Shown piece by piece: positions 1 to 18,000 of a DNA stretch of 64,000 nt. Within the stretch, counting starts at the first letter, position 1. The number at the start of each line of letters is the position of its first letter. The DNA comes from Eledone cirrhosa. Lineage: Eukaryota. The notes below the pieces were generated by a model. The model saw only the letters and a list, made by a program, of their open reading frames with translations. It was not told where the DNA came from and ran no database searches. Position numbers and translations under genes: made by a program. Location: positions 394,072,001-394,136,000 of the forward strand of contig OZ024741.1 of assembly GCA_964016885.1 (NCBI GenBank), given 5' to 3'.

Positions 1-3000
1 TATCATAAACAATATTAACACATGTGAAGTATTATATTGTAAACAATATTAAAACATGTGAAATATTATATTGTAAACAATATTAAAACAAGTGAAGTAT
101 TATATTGTAAACAATATTAACACATGTGAAGTATTATATTGTAAACAATATTAAAACATGTGAAGTATTATATTGTAAACAATATTAACACATGTAAAGT
201 ATTATATTGTAAACAATATTAAAACATGTGAAATATTATATTATAAACAATATTAACACATGTGAAGTATTATATTGTAAACAATATTAAAACATGTGAA
301 GTATTATATTGTAAACAATATTAAAACATGTGAAGTATTATATTGTAAACAATATTAACACATGTAAAGGATTATATTTTAAACAATATTAAAACATGTG
401 AGGTATTATATCATAAACAATATTAACACATGTGAAGTATTATATGGTAAACAATATTAAAACATGTGAAGTATTATATTGTAAACAATATTAAAACATG
501 TGAAGTATTATATTGTAAACAATATTAAAACATGTGAAGTATTATATCATAACCAATACTAAAACATGTGAAGTATTATATTGTAAACAATATTAACACA
601 TGTGAAGTATTATATCATAAACAATATCAAAACATGTGAAGTATTATATTGTAAACAATATTAACACATCTGAAGTATTATATTGTAAACAATATTAAAA
701 CATGTGAAGTATTATATTATAAACAATATTAACACATGTGAAGTATTATATTGTAAACAATATTAACACATGTGAAGTATTATATCATAAACAATATTAA
801 AACATGTGAAGTATTATATTGTAAACAATATTAACACATGTAAAGTATTATATTGTAAACAATATTAAAACATGTGAAGTATTATATCATAAACAATATT
901 AACACATGTGAAGTATTATATGGTAAACAATATTAAAACATGTGAAGTATTATATTGTAAACAATATTAACACATGTGAATTATTATATTGTAAACAATA
1001 TTAACTCATGTGAAGTATTATATTGTAAACAATATTAAAACATGTGAAGTATTATATTGTAAACAATATTAACACATGTGAAGTATTATATTGTAAACAA
1101 TATTAACACATGTGAAGTATTATATTGTAAACAATATTAAAACATGTGAAGTATTATATTGTAAACAATATAAACACATGTAAAGTATTATATTGTAAAC
1201 AATATTAAAACATGTGAAGCATTATATTGTAAACAATATTAACACATGTGAAGTATTATATCATAAACAATATTAAAACATGTGAAGTATTATATTGTAA
1301 ACAATATTAAAATATGTGAAGTATTATATCATAAACAATATTAACGCATGTGAAGTATTATATTGTAAACAATATTAAAACATGTAAAGTATTATATGAT
1401 AAACAATATTAACGCATGTGAAGTATTATATTGTAAACAATATTAAAACATGTGAAGTATTATATCATAAACAATATTAACACATGTGAAGTATTATATC
1501 ATAAACAATATTAAAACATGTGAAGTATTATATTGTAAACAATATTAATGCATGTGAAGTATTATATTGTAAACAATATTAAAACATGTGAAGTATTATA
1601 TTGTAAACAATATTAAAACATGTGAAGTATTATATCATAAACAATATTAAAACATGTGAAGTATTATATTGTAAACAATATTAACACATGTGAAGTATTA
1701 TATTGTAAACAATATTAAAACATGTGAAGTATTATATTGTAAACAATATTAACACATGCAAAGTATTATATTGTAAACAATATTAAAACATGTGAAGTAT
1801 TATATCATAAACAATATTAACACATGTGAAGTATTATATGGTAAACAATATTAAAACATGTGAAGTATTATATTGTAAACAATATTAACACATGTGAATT
1901 ATTATATTGTAAACAATATTAACACATGTGAAGTATTATATTGTAAACAATATTAAAACATGTGAAGTATTATATTGTAAACAATATTAACACATGTGAA
2001 TTATTATATTGTAAACAATATTAAAACATGTGAAGTATTATATTGTAAACAATATTAACACATGTGAAGTATTATATCATAAACAATATCAAAACATGTG
2101 AAGTATTATATTGTAAACAATATTAACACATGTGAAGTATTATATTGTAAACAATATTAAAACATGTGAAGTATTATATTATAAACAATATTAACACATG
2201 TGAAGTATTATATTGTAAACAATATTAACACATGTGAAGTATTATATCATAAACAATATTAAAACATGTGAAGTATTATATTGTAAACAATATTAACACA
2301 TGTAAAGTATTATATTGTAAACAATATTAAAACATGTGAAGTATTATATCATAAACAATATTAACACATGTGAAGTATTATATGGTAAACAATATTAAAA
2401 TATGTGAAGTATTATATTGTAAACAATATTAACACATGTGAATTATTATATTGTAAACAATATTAACTCATGTGAAGTATTATATTGTAAACAATATTAA
2501 AACATGTGAAGTATTATATTGTAAACAATATTAACACATGTGAAGTATTATATTGTAAACAATATTAACACATGTGAAGTATTATATTGTAAACAATATT
2601 AAAACATGTGAAGTATTATATTGTAAACAATATAAACACATGTAAAGTATTATATTGTAAACAATATTAAAACATGTGAAGCATTATATTGTAAACAATA
2701 TTAACACATGTGAAGTATTATATCATAAACAATATTAAAACATGTGAAGTATTATATTGTAAACAATATTAAAATATGTGAAGTATTATATCATAAACAA
2801 TATTAACGCATGTGAAGTATTATATTGTAAACAATATTAAAACATGTAAAGTATTATATGATAAACAATATTAACGCATGTGAAGTATTATATTGTAAAC
2901 AATATTAAAACATGTGAAGTATTATATCATAAACAATATTAACACATGTGAAGTATTATATCATAAACAATATTAAAACATGTGAAGTATTATATTGTAA

Positions 3001-6000
3001 ACAATATTAACGCATGTGAAGTATTATATTGTAAACAATATTTTAAAACATGTGAAGTATTATATTGTAAACAATATTAAAACATGTGAAGTATTATATC
3101 ATAAACAATATTAAAACATGTGAAGTATTATATTGTAAACAATATTAACACATGTGAAGTATTATATTGTAAACAATATTAAAACATGTGAAGTATTATA
3201 TTGTAAACAATATTAACACATGTAAAGTATTATATTGTAAACAATATTAAGACATGTGAAGTATTATATCATAAACAATATTAACACATGTGAAGTATTA
3301 TATGGTAAACAATATTAAAACATGTGAAGTATTATATTGTAAACAATATTAACACATGTGAATTATTATATTGTAAACAATATTAACACATGTGAAGTAT
3401 TATATTGTAAACAATATTAAAACATGTGAAGTATTATATTGTAAACAATATTAACACATGTGAATTATTATATTGTAAACAATATTAAAACATGTGAAGT
3501 ATTATATTGTAAACAATATTAACACATGTGAAGTATTATATCATAAACAATATCAAAACATGTGAAGTATTATATTGTAAACAATATTAACACATGTGAA
3601 GTATTATATTGTAAACAATATTAAAACATGTGAAGTATTATATTATAAACAATATTAACACATGTGAAGTATTATATTGTAAACAATATTAACACATGTG
3701 AAGTATTATATCATAAACAATATTAAAACATGTGAAGTATTATATTGTAAACAATATTAACACATGTAAAGTATTATATTGTAAACAATATTAAAACATG
3801 TGAAGTATTATATCATAAACAATATTAACACATGTGAAGTATTATATGGTAAACAATATTAAAACATGTGAAGTATTATATTGTAAACAATATTAACACA
3901 TGTGAATTATTATATTGTAAACAATATTAACTCATGTGAAGTATTATATTGTAAACAATATTAAAACATGTGAAGTATTATATTGTAAACAATATTAACA
4001 CATGTGAAGTATTATATTGTAAACAATATTAACACATGTGAAGTATTATATTGTAAACAATATTAACACATGTGAAGTATTATATCATAAACAATATTAA
4101 AACATGTGAAGTATTATATTGTAAACAATATTAAAATATGTGAAGTATTATATCATAAACAATATTAACGCATGTGAAGTATTATATTGTAAACAATATT
4201 AAAACATGTAAAGTATTATATGATAAACAATATTAACGCATGTGAAGTATTATATTGTAAACAATATTAAAACATGTGAAGTATTATATCATAAACAATA
4301 TTAACACATGTGAAGTATTATATCATAAACAATATTAAAACATGTGAAGTATTATATTGTAAACAATATTAACGCATGTGAAGTATTATATTGTAAACAA
4401 TATTAAAACATGTGAAGTATTATATTGTAAACAATATTAAAACATGTGAAGTATTATATCATAAACAATATTAAAACATGTGAAGTATTGTATTGTAAAC
4501 AATATTAACACATGTGAAGTATTATATTGTAAACAATATTAAAACATGTGAAGTATTATATTGTAAACAATATTAACACATGTAAAGTATTATATTGTAA
4601 ACAATATTAAAACATGTGAAGTATTATATCATAAACAATATTAACACATGTGAAGTATTATATGGTAAACAATATTAAAACATGTGAAGTATTATATTGT
4701 AAACAATATTAACACATGTGAATTATTATATTGTAAACAATATTAACACATGTGAAGTATTATATTGTAAACAATATTAAAACATGTGAAGTATTATATT
4801 GTAAACAATATTAACACATGTGAATTATTATATTGTAAACAATATTAAAACATGTGAAGTATTATATTGTAAACAATATTAACACATGTGAAGTATTATA
4901 TCATAAACAATATCAAAACATGTGAAGTATTATATTGTAAACAATATTAACACATGTGAAGTATTATATTGTAAACAATATTAAAACATGTGAAGTATTA
5001 TATTATAAACAATATTAACACATGTGAAGTATTATATTGTAAACAATATTAACACATGTGAAGTATTATATCATAAACAATATTAAAACATGTGAAGTAT
5101 TATATTGTAAACAATATTAACACATGTAAAGTATTATATTGTAAACAATATTAAAACATGTGAAGTATTATATCATAAACAATATTAACACATGTGAAGT
5201 ATTATATGGTAAACAATATTAAAACATGTGAAGTATTATATTGTAAACAATATTAACACATGTGAATTATTATATTGTAAACAATATTAACTCATGTGAA
5301 GTATTATATTGTAAACAATATTAAAACATGTGAAGTATTATATTGTAAACAATATTAACACATGTGAAGTATTATATTGTAAACAATATTAACACATGTG
5401 AAGTATTATATTGTAAACAATATTAAAACATGTGAAGTATTATATTGTAAACAATATAAACACATGTAAAGTATTATATTGTAAACAATATTAAAACATG
5501 TGAAGCATTATATTGTAAACAATATTAACACATGTGAAGTATTATATCATAAACAATATTAAAACATGTGAAGTATTATATTGTAAACAATATTAAAATA
5601 TGTGAAGTATTATATCATAAACAATATTAACGCATGTGAAGTATTATATTGTAAACAATATTAAAACATGTAAAGTATTATATGATAAACAATATTAACG
5701 CATGTGAAGTATTATATTGTAAACAATATTAAAACATGTGAAGTATTATATCATAAACAATATTAACACATGTGAAGTATTATATCATAAACAATATTAA
5801 AACATGTGAAGTATTATATTGTAAACAATATTAACGCATGTGAAGTATTATATTGTAAACAATATTTTAAAACATGTGAAGTATTATATTGTAAACAATA
5901 TTAAAACATGTGAAGTATTATATCATAAACAATATTAAAACATGTGAAGTATTATATTGTAAACAATATTAACACATGTGAAGTATTATATTGTAAACAA

Positions 6001-9000
6001 TATTAAAACATGTGAAGTATTATATTGTAAACAATATTAACACATGTAAAGTATTATATTGTAAACAATATTAAAACATGTGAAGTATTATATCATAAAC
6101 AATATTAACACATGTGAAGTATTATATGGTAAACAATATTAAAACATGTGAAGTATTATATTGTAAACAATATTAACACATGTGAATTATTATATTGTAA
6201 ACAATATTAACACATGTGAAGTATTATATTGTAAACAATATTAAAACATGTGAAGTATTATATTGTAAACAATATTAACACATGTGAATTATTATATTGT
6301 AAACAATATTAAAACATGTGAAGTATTATATTGTAAACAATATTAACACATGTGAAGTATTATATCATAAACAATATCAAAACATGTGAAGTATTATATT
6401 GTAAACAATATTAACACATGTGAAGTATTATATTGTAAACAATATTAAAACATGTGAAGTATTATATTATAAACAATATTAACACATGTGAAGTATTATA
6501 TTGTAAACAATATTAACACATGTGAAGTATTATATCATAAACAATATTAAAACATGTGAAGTATTATATTGTAAACAATATTAACACATGTAAAGTATTA
6601 TATTGTAAACAATATTAAAACATGTGAAGTATTATATCATAAACAATATTAACACATGTGAAGTATTATATGGTAAACAATATTAAAACATGTGAAGTAT
6701 TATATTGTAAACAATATTAACACATGTGAATTATTATATTGTAAACAATATTAACACATGTGAAGTATTATATTGTAAACAATATTAAAACATGTTAAGT
6801 ATTATATTGTAAACAATATTAACACATGTGAATTATTATATTGTAAACAATATTAACACATGTGAAGTATTATATTGTAAACAATATTAAAACATGTGAA
6901 GTATTATATTGTAAACAATATAAACACATGTCAAGTATTATATTGTAAACAATATTAAAACATGTGAAGCATTATATTGTAAACAATATTAACACATGTG
7001 AAGTATTATATCATAAACATTATTAAAACATGTGAAGTATTATATTGTAAACAATATTAAAACATGTGAAGTATTATATCATAAACAATATTAACGCATG
7101 TGAAGTATTATATTGTAAACAATATTAAAACATGTAAAGTATTATATCATAAACAATATTAACGCATGTGAAGTATTATATTGTAAACAATATTAAAACA
7201 TGTGAAGTATTATATCATAAACAATATTAACACATGTGAAGTATTATATCATAAACAATATTAAAACATGTGAAGTATTATATTGTAAACAATATTAACG
7301 CATGTGAAGTATTATATTGTAAACAATATTACAACATGTGAAGTATTATATCATAAACAATATTAACACATGTGAAGTATTATATCATAAACAATATTAA
7401 CACATGTGAAGTATTATATCATAAACAATATTAACACATGTGAAGTATTATATCATAAACAATATTAACACATGTGAAGTATTATATCATAAACAATATT
7501 AAAACATGTGAAGTATTATATTGTAAACAATATTAACACATGTGAAGTATTATATTGTAAACAATATTAAAACATGTGAAGTATTATATTGTAAACAATA
7601 TTAACACATGTGAAGTATTATATTGTAAACAATATTAACACATGTGAAGTATTATATTGTAAACAATATTAAAACATGTGAAGTATTATATTGTAAACAA
7701 TATTAACACATGTAAAGTATTATATTGTAAACAATAGTAAAACATGTGAAGTATGATATCATAAACAATATTAACACATGTGAAGTATTATATTGTAAAC
7801 AATATTAAAACATGTGAAATATTATATTGTAAACAATATTAAAACATGTGAAGTATTATATTGTAAACAATATTAACACATGTGAAGTATTATATTGTAA
7901 ACAATATTAAAACATGTGAAGTATTATATTGTAAACAATATTAACACATGTGAAGTATTATATTGTAAACAATATTAACACATGTGAAGTATTATATTGT
8001 AAACAATATTAAAACATGTGAAGTATTATATTGTAAACAATATTAACACATGTAAAGTATTATATTGTAAACAATATTAAAACATGTGAAATATTATATT
8101 ATAAACAATATTAACACATGTGAAGTATTATATTGTAAACAATATTAAAACATGTGAAGTATTATATTGTAAACAATATTAAAACATGTGAAGTATTATA
8201 TTGTAAACAATATTAACACATGTAAAGGATTATATTGTAAACAATATTAAAACATGTGAGGTATTATATCATAAACAATATTAACACATGTGAAGTATTA
8301 TATGGTAAACAATATTAAAACATGTGAAGTATTATATTGTAAACAATATTAAAATATGTGAAGTATTATATTGTAAACAATATTAAAACATGTGAAGTAT
8401 TATATCATAAACAATATTAAAACATGTGAAGTATTATATTGTAAACAATATTAACACATGTGAAGTATTATATCATAAACAATATCAAAACATGTGAAGT
8501 ATTATATTGTAAACAATATTAACACATGTGAAGTATTATATTGTAAACAATATTAAAAACATGTGAAGTATTATATTATAAACAATATTAACACATGTGA
8601 AGTATTATATTGTAAACAATATTAACACATGTGAAGTATTATATCATAAACAATATTAAAACATGTGAAGTATGATATTGTAAACAATATTAACACATGT
8701 AAAGTATTATATTGTAAACAATATTAAAACATGTGAAGTATTATATCATAAACAATATTAACACATGTGAAGTATTATATGGTAAACAATATTAACACAT
8801 GTGAATTATTATATTGTAAACAATATTAACACATGTGAAGTATTATATTGTAAACAATATTAAAACATGTGAAGTATTATATTGTAACAATATTAACACA
8901 TGTGAAGTATTATATTGTAAACAATATTAACACATGTGAAGTATTATATTGTAAACAATATTAAAACATGTGAAGTATTATATTGTAAACAATATTAAAA

Positions 9001-12000
9001 CATGTGAAGTATTATATTGTAAACAATATTAACGCATGTGAAGTATTATATCATAAACAATATTAACACATGTGAAGTATTATATTGTAAACAATATTAA
9101 CACATGTGAAGTATTATATTGTAAACACTATTAAAACATGTGAAGTATTATATTGTAAACAATATTAAAACATGTGAAGTATTATATTGTAAACAATATT
9201 AAAACATGTGAAGTATTATATTGTAAACAATATAAACACATGTGAAGTATTATATTGTAAACAATATTAAAACATGTGAAGTATCATATTGTAAACAATA
9301 TTAACGCATGTGAAGTATTATATTGTAAACAATATTAAAACATATGAAGTATCATATCATAAACAATATTAACGCATGTGAAGTATTATATTATAAACAA
9401 TATTAAAACATGTGAAGTATTATATCATATACAATATTAACACATGTTAATTATTATATCATAAACAATATTAAAACATGTGAAGTATTATACTGTAAAC
9501 AATATTAAAACATGTGAAGTATTATATTGTATACAATATTAAAACATGTGAAGTATGATATTGTAAACAATATTAAAACATGTGAAGTATTATATTGTAA
9601 ACAATATTAACGCATGTGAAGTATTATATCATAAACAATATTAACACATGTGAAGTATTATATTGTAAACAATATTAAAACATGTGAAGTATTATATCAT
9701 TTACAATATTAACACATGTGAAGTATTATATTGTAAACAATATTAAAACATGTGAAGTATTATATCATAAACAATATTAACTCATGTGAAGTATTATATT
9801 GTAAACAATATTAACACATGTGAAGTATTATATTGTAAACAATATTAAAACATGTGAAGTATTATATCATAAACAATATTAACACATGTGAAGTATTATA
9901 TTGTAAACAATATTAACACATGTGAAGTATTATATTGTAAACAATATTAACACATGTGAAGTATTATATTGTAAACAATATTAAAACATGTGAAGTATTA
10001 TATCATAAACAATATTAACACATGTGAAGTATTATATTGTAAACAATATTAACACATGTGAAGTATTATATTGTAAACAATATTAACACATGTGAAGTAT
10101 TATATTGTAAACAATATTAAAACATGTGAAGTATTATATTGTAAACAATATTAAAACATGTGAAGTATTATATTGTAAAAAATATTAACACATGTGAAGT
10201 ATTATATTGTAAACAATATTAAAACATGTGAAGTATTATATTGTAAACAATATAAACACATGTGAAGTATTATATTGTAAACAATATTAACACATGTGAA
10301 GTATTATATTGTAAACAATATTAAAACATTTGAAGTATTATATTGTAAACAATATTAACACATGTAAAGTATTATATTGTAAACAATATTAAAACATGTG
10401 AAGTATTATATCATAAACAATATTAACACATGTGAAGTATTATATTGTAAACAATATTAACACATGTGAAGTATTATATCATAAACAATATTAAAACATG
10501 TGAAATATTATATTGTAAACAATATTAACACATGTGAAGTATTATATTTTAAACAATATTAACACATGTGAAGTATTATATTGTAAACAATATTAACACA
10601 TGTGAAGTATTATATTGTAAACAATATTAAATCATGTAATGTATTATATTGTAAACAATATTAAAACATGTGAAGTATTATATCATAAACAATATTAACA
10701 CATGTGAAGTATTATATGGTAAACAATATTAAAACATGTGAAGTATTATATTGTAAACAATATTAAAACATGTGAAGTATTATATTGTAAACAATATTGA
10801 CACATGTAAAGTATTATATTGTAAACAATATTAAAACATGTGAAGTATTATATTGTAAACAGTATTAACACATGTGAAGTATTATATTGTAAACAATATT
10901 AACACATGTGAAGTATTATATTGTAAACAATATTAACACATGTGAAGTATTATATTGTAAACAATATTAAAACATGTGAAGTATTATATTGTAAACAATA
11001 TTAAAACATGTGAAGTATTATATTGTAAACAATATTAACACATGTGAAGTATTATATTGTAAACAATATTAACACATGTGAAGTATTATATTGTAAACAA
11101 TATTAAAACATGTGAAGTATTATATTGTAAACAATATTAACACATGTAAAGTATTATATCATAAACAATATTAAAACATGTGAAGTATTATATTGTAAAC
11201 AATATTAACACATGTGAAGTATTATATTTTAAACAATATTAACACATGTGAAGTATTATATTGTAAACAATATTAACACATGTGAAGTATTATATTGTAA
11301 ACAATATTAAATCATGTGAAGTATTATATTGTAAACAATATTAACACATGTGAAGTATTATATTGTAAACAATATTAAAACATGTGAAGTATTATATTGT
11401 AAACAATATTAAAACATGTGAAGTATTATATTGTAAACAATATTAACACATGTAAAGTATTATATTGTAAACAATATTAAAACATGTGAATTATTATGTT
11501 GTAAACAATATTAACACATGTGAAGTATTATATCATAAACAATATTAAAACATGTGAAGTATTATATTGTAAACAATATTAAAACATGTGAAGTATTATA
11601 TTGTAAACAATATTAAAACATGTGAAGTATTATATCATAAACAATATTAACACATGTGAAGTATTATATTGTAAACAATATTAAAACATGTGAAGTATTA
11701 TATCATAAACAATATTAACACATGTGAAGTATTATATTGTAAACAATATTAAAACATGTGAAGTATTATATTGTAAACAATATTAACACATGTAAAGTAT
11801 TATATTGTAAACAATATTAAAACATGTGAAGTATTATATCATAAACAATATTAACACATGTGAAGTATTATATTGTAAACAATATTAAAACATGTGAAGT
11901 ATTATATTGTAAACAATATTAAAACATGTGAAGTATTATATCATAAACAATATTAACACACGTGAAGTATTATATGGTAAACAATATTAAAACATGTGAA

Positions 12001-15000
12001 GTATTATATTGTAAACAATATTAAAACATGTGAAGTATTATATTGTAAACAATATTAACACACGTAAAGTATTATATTGTAAACAATATTAAAACATGTG
12101 AAGTATTATATTGTATACAATATTAACACATGTGAAGTATTATATTGTAAACAATATTAAAACATGTGAAGTATTATATTGTAAACAATATTAACACATG
12201 TAAAGTATTATATTGTAAACAATATTAAAACATGTGAAGTATTATATTGTAAACAATATTAAAACATGTGAAGTATTATATCATAAACAATATTAACACA
12301 TGTGAAGTATTATATTGTAAACAATATAAAAACATGTGAAGTATTATATTGTAAACAATATTAACACATGTGAAGTATTATATTGTAAACAATATTAACA
12401 CATGTGAAGTATTATATTGTAAACAATATTAAAACATGTGAAGTATTATATTGTAAACAATATTAACACATGTGAAGTATTATATTGTAAACAATATTAA
12501 AACATGTGAAGTATTATATTGTAAACAATAGTAACACATGTGAAGTATTATATTGTAAACAATATTAACACATGTGAAGTATTATATTGTAAACAATATT
12601 AAAACATGTGAAGTATTATATTGTAAATAATATTAACACATGTGAAGTGTTATACTTTAAACAATATTAACACATGTGAAGTATTATATTGTAAACAATA
12701 TTAACACATGTGAAGTATTATATTGTAAACAATATCAAATCATGTCAAGTATTATATTGTAAACAATATTAACACATGTGAAGTATTATATTGTAAACAA
12801 TATTAAAACATGTGAAGTATTATATTGTAAACAATATTAAAACATGTGAAGTATTATATTGTAAACAATATTAACACATGTAAAGTATTATATTGTAAAC
12901 AATATTAAAACATGTGAAGTATTATGTTGTAAACAATATTAACACATGTGAAGTATTATATCATAAACAATATTAAAACATGTGAAGTATTATATTGTAA
13001 ACAATATTAACACATGTGAAGTATTATATTGTAAACAATATTAAAACATGTGAAGTATTATATCATAAACAATATTAACACATGTGAAGTATTATATTGT
13101 AAACAATATTAACACATGTGAAGTATTATATTGTAAACAATATTAACACATGTGAAGTATTATATCATAAACAATATTAAAACATGTGAAATATTATATT
13201 GTAAACAATATTAACACATGTGAAGTATTATATTTTAAACAATATTAACACATGTGAAGTATTATATTGTAAACAATATTAACACATGTGAAGTATTATA
13301 TTGTAAACAATATTAAATCATGTAAAGTATTATATTGTAAACAATATTAAAACATGTGAAGTATTATATCATAAACAATATTAACACATGTGAAGTATTA
13401 TATTGTAAACAATATTAACACATGTGAAGTATTATATTGTAAACAATATTAAAACATGTGAAGTATTATATTGTAAACAATATTAACACATGTAAAGTAT
13501 TATATCATAAACAATATTAAAACATGTGAAGTATTATATTGTAAACAATATTAACACATGTGAAGTATTATATTTTAAACAATATTAACACATGTGAAGT
13601 ATTATATTGTAAACAATATTAACACATGTGAAGTATTATATTGTAAACAATATTAAATCATGTGAAGTATTATATTGTAAACAATATTAACACATGTGAA
13701 GTATTATATTGTAAACAATATTAAAACATGTGAAGTATTATATTGTAAACAATATTAAAACATGTGAAGTATTATATTGTAAACAATATTAACACATGTA
13801 AAGTATTATATTGTAAACAATATTAAAACATGTGAATTATTATGTTGTAAACAATATTAACACATGTGAAGTATTATATCATAAACAATATTAAAACATG
13901 TGAAGTATTATATTGTAAACAATATTAACACATGTGAAGTATTATATTGTAAACAATATTAAAACATGTGAAGTATTATATCATAAACAATATTAACACA
14001 TGTGAAGTATTATATTGTAAACAATATTAAAACATGTGAAGTATTATATCATAAACAATATTAACACATGTGAAGTATTATATTGTAAACAATATTAAAA
14101 CATGTGAAGTATTATATTGTAAACAATATTAACACATGTAAAGTATTATATTGTAAACAATATTAAAACATGTGAAGTATTATATCATAAACAATATTAA
14201 CACATGTGAAGTATTATATTGTAAACAATATTAAAACATGTGAAGTATTATATTGTAAACAATATTAAAACATGTGAAGTATTATATCATAAACAATATT
14301 AACACACGTGAAGTATTATATGGTAAACAATATTAAAACATGTGAAGTATTATATTGTAAACAATATTAAAACATGTGAAGTATTATATTGTAAACAATA
14401 TTAACACACGTAAAGTATTATATTGTAAACAATATTAAAACATGTGAAGTATTATATTGTATACAATATTAACACATGTGAAGTATTATATTGTAAACAA
14501 TATTAAAACATGTGAAGTATTATATTGTAAACAATATTAACACATGTAAAGTATTATATTGTAAACAATATTAAAACATGTGAAGTATTATATTGTAAAC
14601 AATATTAAAACATGTGAAGTATTATATCATAAACAATATTAACACATGTGAAGTATTATATTGTAAACAATATAAAAACATGTGAAGTATTATATTGTAA
14701 ACAATATTAACACATGTGAAGTATTATATTGTAAACAATATTAACACATGTGAAGTATTATATTGTAAACAATATTAAAACATGTGAAGTATTATATTGT
14801 AAACAATATTAACACATGTGAAGTATTATATTGTAAACAATATTAAAACATGTGAAGTATTATATTGTAAACAATAGTAACACATGTGAAGTATTATATT
14901 GTAAACAATATTAACACATGTGAAGTATTATATTGTAAACAATATTAAAACATGTGAAGTATTATATTGTAAATAATATTAACACATGTGAAGTGTTATA

Positions 15001-18000
15001 TTTTAAACAATATTAACACATGTGAAGTATTATATTGTAAACAATATTAACACATGTGAAGTATTATATTGTAAACAATATCAAATCATGTCAAGTATTA
15101 TATTGTAAACAATATTAACACATGTGAAGTATTATATTGTAAACAATATTAAAACATGTGAAGTATTATATTGTAAACAATATTAAAACATGTGAAGTAT
15201 TATATTGTAAACAATATTAACACATGTAAAGTATTATATTGTAAACAATATTAAAACATGTGAAGTATTATGTTGTAAACAATATTAACACATGTGAAGT
15301 ATTATATCATAAACAATATTAAAACATGTGAAGTATTATATTGTAAACAATATTAACACATGTGAAGTATTATATTGTAAACAATATTAAAACATGTGAA
15401 GTATTATATCATAAACAATATTAACACATGTGAAGTATTATATTGTAAACAATATTAACACATGTGAAGTATTATATTTTAAACAATATTAACACATGTG
15501 AAGTATTATATCATAAACAATATTAAAACATGTGAAATATTATATTGTAAACAATATTAACACATGTGAAGTATTATATTTTAAACAATATTAACACATG
15601 TGAAGTATTATATTGTAAACAATATTAACACATGTGAAGTATTATATTGTAAACAATATTAAATCATGTAAAGTATTATATTGTAAACAATATTAAAACA
15701 TGTGAAGTATTATATCATAAACAATATTAACACATGTGAAGTATTATATGGTAAACAATATTAAAACATGTGAAGTATTATATTGTAAACAATATTAAAA
15801 CATGTGAAGTATTATATTGTAAACAATATTGACACATGTAAAGTATTATATTGTAAACAATATTAAAACATGTGAAGTATTATATTGTAAACAATATTAA
15901 CACATGTGAAGTATTATATTGTAAACAATATTAAAACATGTGAAGTATTATATTGTAAACAATATTAACACATGTAAAGTATTATATTGTAAACAATATT
16001 AAGACATGTGAAGTATTATATTGTAAACAATATTAAAACATGTGAAATATTATATCATAAACAATATTAACACATGTGAAGTATTATATTGTAAACAATA
16101 TTAAAACATGTGAAGTATTATATTGTAAACAATATTAACACATGTGAAGTATTATATTGTAAACAATATCAACACATGTGAAGTATTATATTGTAAACAA
16201 TATTAAAACATTTGAAGTATTATATTGTAAACAATATTAACACATGTGAAGTATTATATTGTAAACAATATTAAAACATGTGAAGTATTATATTGTAAAC
16301 AATATTAACACATGTGAAGTATTATATTGTAAACAATATTAACACATGTGAAGTATTATATTGTAAACAATATTAAAACATGTGAAGTATTATATTGTAA
16401 ACAATATTAACACATGTAAAGTATTATATTGTAAACAATATTAAAACATGTGAAGTATTATATCATAAACAATATTAACACATGTGAAGTATTATATTGT
16501 AACCAATATTAACACATGTGAAGTATTATATCATAAACAATATTAAAACATGTGAAGTATTATATTGTAAACAATATTAACACATGTGAAGTATTATATT
16601 TTAAACAATATTAACACATGTGAAGTATTATATTGTAAACAATATTAACACATGTGAAGTATTATATTGTAAACAATATTAAATCATGTGAAGTATTATA
16701 TTGTAAACAATATTAACACATGTGAACTATTATATTTTAAACAATATTAAAACATGTGAAGTATTATATTGTAAACAATATTAACACATGTGAAGTATTA
16801 TATTGTAAACAATATTAACACATGTGAAGTATTATATTGTAAACAATATTAAAACATGTGAAGTATTATATTGTAAACAATATTAACACATGTAAAGTAT
16901 TATATTGTAAACAATATTAAAACATGTGAAGTATTATATCATAAACAATATTAACACATGTGAAGTATTATATTGTAAACAATATTAACACATGTGAAGT
17001 ATTATACTGTAAACAATATTAAAACATGTGAAGTATTATATCATAAACAATATTAACACATGTGAAGTATTATATTGTAAACAATATTAACACATGTGAA
17101 GTATTATATTGTAAACAATATTAACACATGTGAAGTATTATATTGTAAACAATATTAAAACATGTGAAGTATTATATTGTAAACAATATTAAAACATGTG
17201 AAGTATTATATTGTAAAAAATATTAACACATGTGAAGTATTATATTGTAAACAATATTAAAACATGTGAAGTATTATATTGTAAACAATATAAACACATG
17301 TGAAGTATTATATTGTAAACAATATTAACACATGTGAAGTATTATATTGTAAACAATATTAAAACATGTGAAGTATTATATTGTAAACAATATTAACACA
17401 TGTAAAGTATTATATTGTAAACAATATTAAAACATGTGAAGTATTATATCATAAACAATATTAACACATGTGAAGTATTATATTGTAAACAATATTAACA
17501 CATGTGAAGTATTATATCATAAACAATATTAAAACATGTGAAATATTATATTGTAAACAATATTAACACATGTGAAGTATTATATTTTAAACAATATTAA
17601 CACATGTGAAGTATTATATTGTAAACAATATTAACACATGTGAAGTATTATATTGTAAACAATATTAAATCATGTAAAGTATTATATTGTAAACAATATT
17701 AAAACATGTGAAGTATTATATCATAAACAATATTAACACATGTGAAGTATTATATTGTAAACAATATTAAAACATGTGAAGTATTATATTGTAAACAATA
17801 TTAAAACATGTGAAGTATTATATTGTAAACAATATTAACACATGTAAAGTATTATATTGTAAACAATATTAAAACATGTGAAGTATTATGTTGTAAACAA
17901 TATTAACACATGTGAAGTATTATATCATAAACAATATTAAAACATGTGAAGTATTATATTGTAAACAATATTAACACATGTGAAGTATTATATTGTAAAC

